Assembly: GCA_016181965.1 (NCBI GenBank)
Contig: JACOYH010000002.1
Coordinates: 1-44,576, forward strand
DNA: 44,576 bases
Direction of reading: 5' to 3'
Source of the DNA: Candidatus Nealsonbacteria bacterium
GTDB taxonomy: Bacteria > Patescibacteriota > Minisyncoccia > Minisyncoccales > MHMH01
Shown: in pieces, positions 16,551 to 25,969 of the stretch
Layout: the number at the start of each line of letters is the position of its first letter
How positions within the stretch are numbered: the first letter of the stretch is position 1
The notes under the pieces: generated by a model
Told to the model about the DNA's origin: nothing
Databases searched by the model: none
Seen by the model: the letters and a program-made list of their open reading frames with translations, nothing else
Translations under genes and position numbers: made by a program

Positions 16551-18283
16551 CGCTCACAAATAAAGAAATTGCCCGCATTCTCTATGAAATTGCCGATTTA
16601 CTGGCCATACAGGAAGTAGAGTTCAAGCCGCAGGCCTATCAAAAAGCAGCCGTGATTTTAGAGAGCTTGGAAAAAGATATCGCCAAGATTTACCAAGAAG
16701 GCGGGAGAAAGGCCTTGGTTGATTTGCCCGGCATTGGCGAGAGTATTGCCGAGAAAATTGAAGAATATCTGAAGACGGGAAAAATCAAGTATTACGGCCA
16801 ACTCAAAAAACGGTTTCCCTTCGACATAGAAGAGTTAGTGAAGATAGAAGGCATGGGTCCCCAAAAAGCCAAAGCGCTTTGGCAAGAACTGGGCATCAAA
16901 AATGTGAAGGATTTAGAGAAGGCGGCTAAGGCCCATAAAATTGCCAAACTCGAGGGCTTCGGAGAAAAAACGGAAAAAAATATCTTAGAAGGCATTGCCT
17001 TTTTAAAAAGAAGCAAGGGCAGGTTTCTTCTCCATGAGATTATTCCCCGCGTCAGAGAGGTTGAAGAGAAATTAAGGGCGCTAAAAGAAGTACAAATGGT
17101 TAGCGTTGCCGGATCTGTTCGAAGAATGAAAGAGACCATCGGCGACGCCGATTTGCTGGTGGTGTCGCAGAATCCAAAAAAAGTGATGGATTTTTTCACT
17201 TCTCAACCAGAAGTGGCTAAGATTTGGGGAAAGGGCGTTACCAAGGCGTCGGTGAGGGTAAAAGAGGGCTTCGATATTGATTTAAGGGTGGTCAGGAAAG
17301 AACAATACGGCTCGGCTCTGCAGTATTTTACCGGCTCAAAAGAACATAATATCGCTGTTAGGAGAATTGCCATAAGCAAGGGGCTTAAACTTTCCGAGTA
17401 CGGACTTTTTAGGGGGAAAAAGCAAATTGCCGGAAAAACCGAAGAAGAAATTTATAAGGCCTTGGGTTTGGCGTGGATTCCTCCGGAAATGCGGGAAAAT
17501 CATGGCGAAATTGAGCTTGCGGACGCCCGTCGTCCGCAAAAGCTGTCGGATATCATTGACTATGGGGACATTCGGGGCGACCTGCATGTGCACTCGGATT
17601 GGGATGGAGGAGCTGATGCGATAAAGGCGCTGGCTGACGCCGCGCGAGTAATGGGATACGAATATATTGGCATTTCCGACCACACAAAGTTTTTAAAAAT
17701 AGAGCGCGGATTAGACGAAAAACAGCTGGAAAGGCGCAATAAAGCGATAGACGCGCTCAATTCAAAATCCCAAAATACAACCTCAAAATTCCGCATCCTT
17801 AAGGGTTGCGAAGCCAATATTATGAATGACGGGTCCATCGATCTTAAAAACGAGGCCTTATCTAAATTGGACTATGTTATTGCCGGCGTCCATTCCAATA
17901 TGAAAATCAATAAAGATGAAATGACAGCAAGAATAATTGCGGCTATGAAGAATCCGAATGTTGATATTATCTCTCATCTCACCGGGCGAATATTGAAAAA
18001 ACGGGGCGAATATGAAATTGATTTTGATAAGATTTTGCGAGCAGCCAAGCAATTTAACGCGATTTTAGAAATTAATGCCTCTCCCGAACGTTTGGATTTA
18101 AACGACGAAAACATCAGGCGAGCCAAAGAGGCCGGAGTTAAAATGATTATCAATACCGATACTCATCATAAAAATCAATTGCGTTTTATGGAGTTTGGCA
18201 TCGCTCAAGCAAGACGCGGCTGGGCCGAGAAAGAGGACATTATTAACACCCAGCCCATCGAAAAATTACTACAATATTTTTAG
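16547..18283 (+). CDS. polX: DNA polymerase X / PHP 3'-5' exonuclease
   Basis: LPGIGESIA, AGSVRR, GDADLL, DIDLR, YFTGSKEHN, GDLHVHS, SDH, NTDTH. Confidence 0.96.
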   Translation: MTLTNKEIARILYEIADLLAIQEVEFKPQAYQKAAVILESLEKDIAKIYQEGGRKALVDLPGIGESIAEKIEEYLKTGKIKYYGQLKKRFPFDIEELVKIEGMGPQKAKALWQELGIKNVKDLEKAAKAHKIAKLEGFGEKTEKNILEGIAFLKRSKGRFLLHEIIPRVREVEEKLRALKEVQMVSVAGSVRRMKETIGDADLLVVSQNPKKVMDFFTSQPEVAKIWGKGVTKASVRVKEGFDIDLRVVRKEQYGSALQYFTGSKEHNIAVRRIAISKGLKLSEYGLFRGKKQIAGKTEEEIYKALGLAWIPPEMRENHGEIELADARRPQKLSDIIDYGDIRGDLHVHSDWDGGADAIKALADAARVMGYEYIGISDHTKFLKIERGLDEKQLERRNKAIDALNSKSQNTTSKFRILKGCEANIMNDGSIDLKNEALSKLDYVIAGVHSNMKINKDEMTARIIAAMKNPNVDIISHLTGRILKKRGEYEIDFDKILRAAKQFNAILEINASPERLDLNDENIRRAKEAGVKMIINTDTHHKNQLRFMEFGIAQARRGWAEKEDIINTQPIEKLLQYF

Positions 18284-18284
18284 A

Positions 18285-18309
18285 TTGGTTAGAGCCAGGC
18301 TCTAACCAA
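18285..18309. repeat. Family-D palindrome TTGGTTAGAGCC-A-GGCTCTAACCAA
   Basis: Perfect 12-bp arms; related to 36268-36311. Confidence 0.85.
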
Positions 18310-18333
18310 CTGCGGCCCAGACCCCTCCACGTC

Positions 18334-18681
18334 CTACTGAGAGATTTTCTCCATTATTTTTTTAAAAATGTCGGGGTGGTTTTCGGCCAGTTCGGCTAAA
18401 ATTTTTCTGTCCAGTTCAATATTGTTTTGCTTCAGAGCGTGAATCAGCCGACTGTAAGAAACGCCATTTGCCCGGGAAGCGGCGTTAATTTTCACTTGCC
18501 AGAGTTGGCGCTTTTCTCGCTTTTTTGCTTTTCTGTCACGGTAAGCGTATTCCCAAGCATGCGCAAGGGCATCCTTGGCCAGCTTAAATTTGCTTTTTCT
18601 GCCCCAGCGAAAACCTTTGGCATGTTTTAATAAATGCTTTTTGTGTTTTTTGGCAGCTTTTCCTCGTTTAATTCTAACCAT
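18334..18681 (-). CDS. rplT: 50S ribosomal protein L20
   Basis: MVRIKRG, YAYRDRK, LDRKILAELA. Confidence 0.97.
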   Translation of the reverse strand: MVRIKRGKAAKKHKKHLLKHAKGFRWGRKSKFKLAKDALAHAWEYAYRDRKAKKREKRQLWQVKINAASRANGVSYSRLIHALKQNNIELDRKILAELAENHPDIFKKIMEKISQ

Positions 18682-18862
18682 AAACTAATTTCTTTATTTT
18701 TTTAGCATCGGCCTTGGGCATTTCAATCCAGCGCCTTAAGGCGCGGATTCTTCTTCCGCTCTTTTTGGCCAGCAGATGGTCTTGGCCGGTCGGCCTTCTT
18801 AATACCTTGCCGTTTTTTGTAATCTTGAACCTTTTTGTAATTGATTTTCTTGTTTTGCCCAT
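18674..18862 (-). CDS. rpmI: 50S ribosomal protein L35
   Basis: KTRKSITKRFKITKNGK, HLLAKK; located between infC and rplT. Confidence 0.95.
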   Translation of the reverse strand: MGKTRKSITKRFKITKNGKVLRRPTGQDHLLAKKSGRRIRALRRWIEMPKADAKKIKKLVYG

Positions 18863-18866
18863 AATA

Positions 18867-19370
18867 TTATGATTTGGAGATAATCATTGAAAAGCCCCTC
18901 GGCTCCCTCTTGATTTCTCTTTCAATTTTGAGGGGAATAATGCCCTGCAGAACTTCCAAAAATTTATAAACTTTTTCTTTAGCAAAGTCGCCAAGCGCTT
19001 TCTGTCTTCCCACTAGGCGCATTTCAATTCTGATCTTGTCTCCTTCTCTCAAAAATTTCTCCGCTTGCTTCGCCCTGACCTCCATGTCGTGTTGAGATAT
19101 ATTGAAGCTCAACCTAATGCCCTTCATTTCACCGCCCTTGGGCTTCATGCTCTTTTCTTTCTTTTGCTGCTGATACACATATTTGCCATAGTCCATTATT
19201 TTACAGACCGGCGGTTCAACCCTTTCTGTCACCTGAATTAAATCTAAATTACGCTCTTTTGCTTCGCGGAGCGCATTTTCCAACGGCATCACGCCCAATT
19301 GCTGGCCGGCTTCTCCTATAACCCTAACTTCCCGCGCCCTTATTTGATTGTTGATTAATGGTTTATTCAA
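18867..19370 (-). CDS. infC: Translation initiation factor IF-3 (TTG start)
   Basis: INNQIRAREVRVI, PPVCKIMDYGKY, FLREGDK. Confidence 0.96.
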   Translation of the reverse strand: MNKPLINNQIRAREVRVIGEAGQQLGVMPLENALREAKERNLDLIQVTERVEPPVCKIMDYGKYVYQQQKKEKSMKPKGGEMKGIRLSFNISQHDMEVRAKQAEKFLREGDKIRIEMRLVGRQKALGDFAKEKVYKFLEVLQGIIPLKIEREIKREPRGFSMIISKS

Positions 19371-19383
19371 AAATTTTGTCCGA

Positions 19384-19715
19384 GGTGGAGATGGGGAGTT
19401 ATGAGCTCCCGTCTGAAAGATATTTTAAAATAATTCTACAGGCATAGTTGGTTTTTGCCTTCAAAGTCCCGGATATGAAACAAACAAAATTCCGAGACCT
19501 CTAGCCCCGCTTGTTTCACCGGATAGTTGGAGCAGAAAATCCGGCAATCTCGATGATATAACACCCGAATTGCCTATCGAGAGTCAGCAACTAAGATGGC
19601 TTTAAGCTACAGCTAAAGCTGGTTGTTTGAATAAGTTGGCGCTTATTTGTGTTGCCTTACGGCAAGCGGGCCTGCCTTATTTTAAAACTTCTTCCATCGA
19701 ATCGGTCTCATCCCC
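19384..19715 (-). ncRNA. ssrA: tmRNA; tag peptide (A)ANLFKQPALAVA
   Basis: 5' GGGGATG pairs with 3' CATCTCC-ACC, including the G3.U alanine determinant. T-arm GGGAG-CTCATAA-CTCCC. Tag ORF 19640-19602 follows ATAAGC and ends ALAVA*. Directly downstream of smpB. Confidence 0.93.
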
Positions 19716-20157
19716 GTAATTTCAACTCTCTTTCGATTTCTTTCTCAATGTCTCTTTTTTTAAGGAGTTCTTTTTTGCCGGCCCTCTTTCTTCCCCTAGC
19801 CAGCCCGAACTCAAGTTTTATTTTGCCTCCCTTAGTATACATCCTTAATGGTATCAAAGTCAAGCCCTTTTGCTCGGATTTGCCGATTAAATACTTGATT
19901 TCCTTCTTATTCAAAAGCAGCTTTCGCAGACGGCTTGGGTCATAGTCCTTGGGCATATTCTGTGGCTGATACGGGGAAACATGCGCGTTAAGCAAATACG
20001 GCTCTTCGTCCTTGAAGACCACATAGGAGCCAGTCAGTCCTATTCTGCCCAGCTTGATGGATTTTACTTCGTAGCCGGCCAAAACTATCCCGGCTTCAAA
20101 TTTCTCCAGGATTTCGTAATCAAAATAAGCCTTTCTATTTTCAGCCAATGGTTTCAT
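19708..20157 (-). CDS. smpB: SsrA-binding protein
   Basis: NRKAYFDYEI, EAGIVLAGYEVKS, RKLLL, LTLIPL. Confidence 0.97.
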   Translation of the reverse strand: MKPLAENRKAYFDYEILEKFEAGIVLAGYEVKSIKLGRIGLTGSYVVFKDEEPYLLNAHVSPYQPQNMPKDYDPSRLRKLLLNKKEIKYLIGKSEQKGLTLIPLRMYTKGGKIKLEFGLARGRKRAGKKELLKKRDIEKEIERELKLRG

Positions 20158-20195
20158 TCTTTAATTTTAGCGGAAATTACGCTAAACTGGAAGTG

Positions 20196-21899
20196 ATGAT
20201 CAGGGATGAACTAATACAATTAGTGGAAAGGGCGGCGAGGCAGGCCCGCCTGCCGGCTCGTCTTGACTCGGCGAGGCAGGCCCGCCTGCCGGCTCGTCTT
20301 GACTCGGCGAGGCAGGCCCGCCTGCCGGCGAGGCAGGCGAGTTTTGGCGCGCGCGAGGAAATTAGAATTGACCGGCCTGCCGAAGAAAGCCATGGCGATT
20401 ATTCAACCAACTTTGCTTTGCAAATCGCCAAGGCGGTCAAAATATCTCCTCAACAAATTGCGGCGCATCTTCAATCGCATATTTTGAGTTTGCGTCCTGA
20501 TCTTTTTGAGAAAATTGAAATAGTTGAGCCGGGCTTCATCAATTTTTTTATTTCCGCAAAATATCTGCAAAATCAGGTCGCAACCATTCTAGAGAAAAAA
20601 GAAAAATTTGGACACTTGAATTTAGGGAGAAGCAAAAAAACCAACGTTGAATTTATTTCGGCAAACCCCACTGGCCCCCTGCATGTTGGCAACGGACGGA
20701 GCGCGTTCAGCGGCGATGTTTTAGCAAACGTATTAGCCGCGGCCGGATATAAAGTTGTCAGGGAGTATTTTATTAACGACGCCAAAAACAGCAAACAAAT
20801 CATTGAGTTGGGCAAAACGGCCTTGGGCAAGGGAGAAGTTTATTTAAGCGAATATTTAAAACTTAAAATTCAATCCGTCCGCTGGCGGACAAAGTTGACG
20901 GAGGGGGATGCCGGATTTTTGCTGGCCAAAGAGGTTCAGGCCGATACCAAGGCCTTACTGGAGAAAAAGCTGAAAATAAAATTTGATAAATGGATTTCCG
21001 AGGAAAAAGACCTTTATCAAAAAAATAAAGTCAAAAAGACCCTTGAATGGCTCAAGCAAAAAAATCTGGTTTATCAAAAAGAGGGCGCATGGTGGGTTAA
21101 AAGCTCGCAGTTTGGCGACGATAAGGATTGGGTTGTTATTAGGGAAAGCGGCGAACCAACCTATCTGCTTTCAGACATTGCTTACCATAAAGATAAAATT
21201 GATCGCGGTTTTGAAATGATTATCGATATTTGGGGAGCCGACCATCAGGCCCATGTGCAAAAAATGAAAGCCGCAGTCGGTATGCTTGGTTACCAAGGTC
21301 AACTGGATATTTTAGTTCTTCAGCTGGTCACCCTAAAAGGCGGGGAGAAGCTTTCTAAAAGAAAAGGCCAAGTAATCATGCTGGAGGATTTAATTGACGA
21401 AATCGGCTTGGATGCGGCCCGATTTTTTTATCTTCAAAAATCCTTAGACACTCATATGGAAATCGACATCGGGCTTGCTAAGGAGCAATCGCAGAAAAAC
21501 CCTGTTTATTATGTTCAGTACGCTCACGCCCGCATTTGCAGTATTTTGGCCAAGGCCAACGCTAAGAATGCTAAGCCGCTTCACGATTTGCTAAACCATC
21601 CGAGCGAGCTGAGATTGATTAAGCAGCTGCTTAAATTGCCCGAGGTCATTGAAGACACGGCCAACGACTATCAATTACAACGTCTGCCCTATTACGCAGT
21701 TGAATTAGCTATGGTTTTTCATCAATTTTACCAGGACTGCCAGGTAATTTCCGAAGACAAAAAACTTACCCAAGCCCGCTTGTTCTTGGTTTTATCCGCT
21801 AAAACCGCATTGAAAAATACTCTCTCTCTGATGGGCGTCTCTGCCCCGCGTCTCTGCCCCGGAAAAAATGTAGCCGCCACTTTGATTAAAAAAACATAA
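20196..21899 (+). CDS. argS: Arginine--tRNA ligase (C-terminus frameshifted by a 13-bp duplication)
   Basis: HGDYSTN, GFINF, EFISANPTGPLHVGN, WGADH, LSKRKG, YVQYAHAR. Start reassigned to ATG 20196. Confidence 0.95.
   Translation: MIRDELIQLVERAARQARLPARLDSARQARLPARLDSARQARLPARQASFGAREEIRIDRPAEESHGDYSTNFALQIAKAVKISPQQIAAHLQSHILSLRPDLFEKIEIVEPGFINFFISAKYLQNQVATILEKKEKFGHLNLGRSKKTNVEFISANPTGPLHVGNGRSAFSGDVLANVLAAAGYKVVREYFINDAKNSKQIIELGKTALGKGEVYLSEYLKLKIQSVRWRTKLTEGDAGFLLAKEVQADTKALLEKKLKIKFDKWISEEKDLYQKNKVKKTLEWLKQKNLVYQKEGAWWVKSSQFGDDKDWVVIRESGEPTYLLSDIAYHKDKIDRGFEMIIDIWGADHQAHVQKMKAAVGMLGYQGQLDILVLQLVTLKGGEKLSKRKGQVIMLEDLIDEIGLDAARFFYLQKSLDTHMEIDIGLAKEQSQKNPVYYVQYAHARICSILAKANAKNAKPLHDLLNHPSELRLIKQLLKLPEVIEDTANDYQLQRLPYYAVELAMVFHQFYQDCQVISEDKKLTQARLFLVLSAKTALKNTLSLMGVSAPRLCPGKNVAATLIKKT
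20233..20339. repeat. About 2.7 tandem copies of a 36-bp GC-rich unit in frame in argS
   Basis: Unit CGGCGAGGCAGGCCCGCCTGCCGGCTCGTCTTGACT at 20233 and 20269, partial at 20305. Contains the GGCAGGC-CC-GCCTGCC hairpin. Confidence 0.92.
20877..20890. repeat. Palindrome GTCCGC-TG-GCGGAC in frame in argS
   Basis: GC-rich hairpin in an AT-rich context, encoding VRWRT. Related to TCCGCC-AAA-GGCGGA at 35539-35553. Confidence 0.6.
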
Positions 21900-21942
21900 A
21901 ATGATAATCTACTATATATAGCAGTATAGTATATAGTAGACC

Positions 21943-24900
21943 ATGGAGTCGAACTTCCCAAGACAGGAGGAGAAAATTCTCAAATATTGGCAAGAGAACA
22001 AGATCTTCGAAAAGAGCATTAAACAGCGCCAGAAGGCGCCGAATTTTGTATTTTACGAGGGTCCGCCGACAGCTAACGGCAAGCCGGGTATTCACCATGT
22101 GCTTGCCCGGAACTTCAAAGATATTATTTGCCGCTATAAGACAATGCGGGGCTTTAAGGTTTCAAGAAAAGCCGGCTGGGACACTCATGGTCTGCCTGTA
22201 GAGTTGGAGGTTGAAAAAAATCTGGGTTTGAAAAATAAAAAAGATATTGAAAAGTACGGCATCGCCGAGTTTAATCGGGCGTGCAAGCAATCGGTTTGGA
22301 AGTACAAAGAGGACTGGGAGAAGCTGACCGAGCGAATTGGCTTTTGGGTAGATATGGCTAATCCATACACAACCTATGAGCCGGAGTACATGGAAACCCT
22401 GTGGTGGATAATCAAACAATTCCACGAAAAGAATCTTTTGTATCAGGATTATAAGGTAGTGCCCTATTGTCCGAGATGCGGCACTTCTCTTTCTTCTCAT
22501 GAAGTGGCGCTGGGCTACAAAAAGGTGAAGGACCCCGCTATTTATGTTAAATTCAAAATTCAAAATCCAAAATTCGTAAATTCTTATCTCTTAATATGGA
22601 CGACGACGCCATGGACTTTACCGGCGAATGTGGCCGTGGCAGTCAACCCGGAATTTACTTACGCAAAAGTTAAAATAGGCGAGGAGTATTTGATTTTAGC
22701 CAAGGCAAGAATGAATGTCCTGGGCATAGAGGGAGAAATTGTTGAAGAAATTAAGGGCAGCGCCTTGGTGGGCAGTGACTACGAGCCGCCATACAAATTT
22801 GAAAAACCGGATAAAAAAGCATGGCATGTTGTTGCGGCTGATTTTGTTTCTATAGAAGACGGTACGGGCTTGGTGCATATTGCCCCTGCTTTTGGCGAAG
22901 AAGATATGCAGGTCGGCAAGCAAAATAATTTGCCCGTTATTTTAAATGTTGATAAAGAAGGGAAGTTTCAAAAAGAGGTGAAAAACTGGGCCGGTTTGCG
23001 GGTTAAAGATGCCGATCCGGCTATTATTCAGGATTTAAGTCAGCGGGGCCTTCTTTTCAAGGAAGAGTCATACGAACACGATTATCCTTTTTGCTGGCGT
23101 TGCGGCAACGCGCTTCTATACTACGCCAAGGAAAGCTGGTTTGTTAGAATGCAAAAAGTCAAAGAAGATTTATTGAAGAACAATCAGAAGATAAGCTGGG
23201 TGCCCTCGCACTTAAAAGATGGGCGCTTTGGCGGCTGGCTGAAAGAGGTGAAGGATTGGGCTTTTTCCCGAGAAAGGTATTGGGGAACTCCCTTGCCTAT
23301 TTGGCGATGCCAAAAATGCGGCCACACTAGGGCCATCGGCTCATTAAAAGAACTGGCTAGTGAAAATCCGCAAAAGAATAAGTTTTTTGTTGTGCGGCAC
23401 GGCGAATCGTGCCGGCAGAAAAATGGAAAAGCAATTTGTTGGCCTGAGAAGATCCGTTGTCCGCTTACGGCATCCGGTAAAAAGGAGGCTAAGAAAACAG
23501 CTTTTGAATTAAAGCAGGAAGGGATAAACGTTATTTACAGCTCTGATCTTTTGAGGGCCAAACAGACAGCCGAAATAATCGCCAAAGAATTAGGTCTTAA
23601 AATTATTTTTGACAAACGGCTTAGGGAATACAATGTCGGTATCTTTAATGGAAAAGAGCCCACATTGAGCTGGCGGTATTTGCGGGAAAACACCCCCGAC
23701 ATAATTTATTCAAAGCTTCCCGGAGGAGAAAGTTTGGCCGATCTAAGCGGGCGAGTGCATGATTTTCTAAAAGATATGGAAAATCGCCATAAAGACCAAA
23801 AAATACTTATGGTTAGCCACGAGCTTCCTCTTTCTTTAATGGAGGGTTTGGCCAGGGGCGATAGCATAGGACCAATTCTTGAGCGCAGGCGTAAATTTCC
23901 CGAAAAGAAAATTGCCACAGGTAAATGGAGAGAAATTGGTTTTAAAAAATTACCCCGTAACGATAAAATGGAAATTGATTTGCATCGCCCATATATTGAT
24001 GAGATTGGATTAATTTGTCGGCAATGCGGCGGCTTAATGAAAAGAGTGCCAGATTTAGTTGATGTTTGGTTTGATTCCGGTTCCATGCCCCTTGCCCAAC
24101 AGCACTATCCTTTTGAAAATTCAGGTGAATTAAGGCAGTTCCCGGCCGACTATATATCTGAAGCAGTAGACCAAACGAGGGGATGGTTTTATACCTTGTT
24201 GGCGGTCTCGACTTTATTGGGCTTTGGCCCGCCTTACAAAAATGTTATTTCTCTCGGCCATGTTCTTGATGAAAAAGGAGAGAAAATGTCCAAATCCAAG
24301 GGCAATATTGTCGAGCCATGGTACATTATCGGCAAGTACGGAGCCGATGCGGTTCGCTGGCATTTTTATACTGTCAATCAGCCGGGCGAAGCAAAGCTAT
24401 TTTCAGAAAGAGATGTTGAGCAGTCGCTTAAAAAATTCATCATGACCTTCTGGAACACCAATATTTTCTATCAAACATATGCGGCCGGCAAAAATAGCAA
24501 GGCGGAGAAGAATATTTTAGACAAGTGGATTATTTCACGATTAAACGAGCTGATTCAGGAAGCAACGGAAAGGTTAGATAAATACGACGTGACGACAGCC
24601 GCGCGAGCTATTGAATATTTTGTCATCAACGACCTTTCGCTTTGGTATATTCGAAGATCGCGTAAGCGCTTTACAGAGGCCGCGCCTACCTTGGCGCTGG
24701 TCTTGCAGACCGTTGCGAAATTAACGGCTCCTTTCATTCCTTTCCTTAGCGAAGAAATTTACATGGCTCTTCCGCAGGCCGGGCGTTCGGTGCACTTGCA
24801 GGATTGGCCAAAAGCGAATCAGAAATTAATTAATAAAAAGCTAAGTCAGGCAATGAAGAGCGTTAGAGACCTGGTGACCTTGGCTTTGGCCGCGAGAGCT

Positions 24901-25326
24901 GATGCCGGAATTAAAGTCCGCCAGCCGCTGGCTGCTTTGCAAGTTCAAGAAACAATAGATCGGGCATTAGCCGAACTAATCAAAGAAGAAGTCAATGTTA
25001 AAAAAATTGTCCTTGGCAGCGTATTTAAATTAGATACAAAAATTACCCCGGAACTTAAAGAAGAGGGCGCGGTTCGCGAAGTTATGCGCCAGATTCAGGA
25101 AATGAGAAAAAATGCCGGCTATAAGGCGAAAGATAAAATAAGGGTCCAATATAGCGGCAGTCCCCGGCTGACTGACATTTTGGCGAAGAATAAAAATGGC
25201 ATTTTAAAAGAAATTAAGGCCGAGGATTTTGTTTTGAGGCAAAAATTAAAAGATATTTTTGATATCGAAAAAGAAATAGCGATTGAGCAAGATAATCTGT
25301 GGCTGGGCATTAAAAAGCATAAATAA
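21943..25326 (+). CDS. ileS: Isoleucine--tRNA ligase (IleRS2 type) with an inserted histidine-phosphatase domain
   Basis: EGPPTANG, GWDTHGLP, WTTTPWTLP, SRERYWG, EAVDQTRGWF, KMSKS. The insert carries RHG, SSDLLRA and SHE. Confidence 0.95.
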   Translation: MESNFPRQEEKILKYWQENKIFEKSIKQRQKAPNFVFYEGPPTANGKPGIHHVLARNFKDIICRYKTMRGFKVSRKAGWDTHGLPVELEVEKNLGLKNKKDIEKYGIAEFNRACKQSVWKYKEDWEKLTERIGFWVDMANPYTTYEPEYMETLWWIIKQFHEKNLLYQDYKVVPYCPRCGTSLSSHEVALGYKKVKDPAIYVKFKIQNPKFVNSYLLIWTTTPWTLPANVAVAVNPEFTYAKVKIGEEYLILAKARMNVLGIEGEIVEEIKGSALVGSDYEPPYKFEKPDKKAWHVVAADFVSIEDGTGLVHIAPAFGEEDMQVGKQNNLPVILNVDKEGKFQKEVKNWAGLRVKDADPAIIQDLSQRGLLFKEESYEHDYPFCWRCGNALLYYAKESWFVRMQKVKEDLLKNNQKISWVPSHLKDGRFGGWLKEVKDWAFSRERYWGTPLPIWRCQKCGHTRAIGSLKELASENPQKNKFFVVRHGESCRQKNGKAICWPEKIRCPLTASGKKEAKKTAFELKQEGINVIYSSDLLRAKQTAEIIAKELGLKIIFDKRLREYNVGIFNGKEPTLSWRYLRENTPDIIYSKLPGGESLADLSGRVHDFLKDMENRHKDQKILMVSHELPLSLMEGLARGDSIGPILERRRKFPEKKIATGKWREIGFKKLPRNDKMEIDLHRPYIDEIGLICRQCGGLMKRVPDLVDVWFDSGSMPLAQQHYPFENSGELRQFPADYISEAVDQTRGWFYTLLAVSTLLGFGPPYKNVISLGHVLDEKGEKMSKSKGNIVEPWYIIGKYGADAVRWHFYTVNQPGEAKLFSERDVEQSLKKFIMTFWNTNIFYQTYAAGKNSKAEKNILDKWIISRLNELIQEATERLDKYDVTTAARAIEYFVINDLSLWYIRRSRKRFTEAAPTLALVLQTVAKLTAPFIPFLSEEIYMALPQAGRSVHLQDWPKANQKLINKKLSQAMKSVRDLVTLALAARADAGIKVRQPLAALQVQETIDRALAELIKEEVNVKKIVLGSVFKLDTKITPELKEEGAVREVMRQIQEMRKNAGYKAKDKIRVQYSGSPRLTDILAKNKNGILKEIKAEDFVLRQKLKDIFDIEKEIAIEQDNLWLGIKKHK

Positions 25327-25327
25327 T

Positions 25328-25969
25328 ATGGCTACTCGTTACCGAACGCAATGCCTGATTGTCAAAAAAGACGATAAAGGCGAGTCAGATCAGATTTTTA
25401 GCGTATACACGAAGGATTTTGGCCGGCTAAACATTTTAGGAAAAGCCATTAGGAAAAATGCTTCCAAATTGCGCGGAGGAGCCGACCTTTTTTATTTTTC
25501 AGATATTGAATTTATTCAAGGGAAGGCCCAAAAAATTTTAACCGAAGCAACCGTTATAGATAGTTGTCTTAACATAAGAAAGGACTTGCGGAGAATGACC
25601 GTGGCCTATCAAATTACCGACATTTTAGACGGTATGATTCCAAAAGAAGAGCGAGACGAACAAATTTGGCATTTGATAAATGAAATTTTCTATAAACTGG
25701 ATATTTGGCAAATTGGAAAATTGGAAATTTTATATTACTATTTTTTTTGGAATTTAGCCGCTATACTCGGCTATCAGCCGGCATTGACTCATAATTCGCT
25801 CGGCGGCGAGCAAATAGACGGGGATTTAGCCAAAATACTTAAACTGCTTTTCCAAAAGGACTGGCCAATTCTTGCTAAATTAAAAATCGAGCCCAACCAC
25901 ATCGAGTTATTGAAAAATACTTCTGAATGGTATAATAAGAATACGATTACGGCAAATTATGAAAAATAA
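25328..25969 (+). CDS. recO: DNA repair protein RecO
   Basis: GESDQIFSVYTKDFGRL, KAIRKNASKLRG OB-fold pattern. Start reassigned to ATG 25328. No CxxC zinc finger. Confidence 0.85.
   Translation: MATRYRTQCLIVKKDDKGESDQIFSVYTKDFGRLNILGKAIRKNASKLRGGADLFYFSDIEFIQGKAQKILTEATVIDSCLNIRKDLRRMTVAYQITDILDGMIPKEERDEQIWHLINEIFYKLDIWQIGKLEILYYYFFWNLAAILGYQPALTHNSLGGEQIDGDLAKILKLLFQKDWPILAKLKIEPNHIELLKNTSEWYNKNTITANYEK

Noticed and set aside
20233-20339. 36-bp repeats as a CRISPR array
   Set aside because: The units are directly tandem with no spacers, lie in frame within argS, and no cas genes are present.
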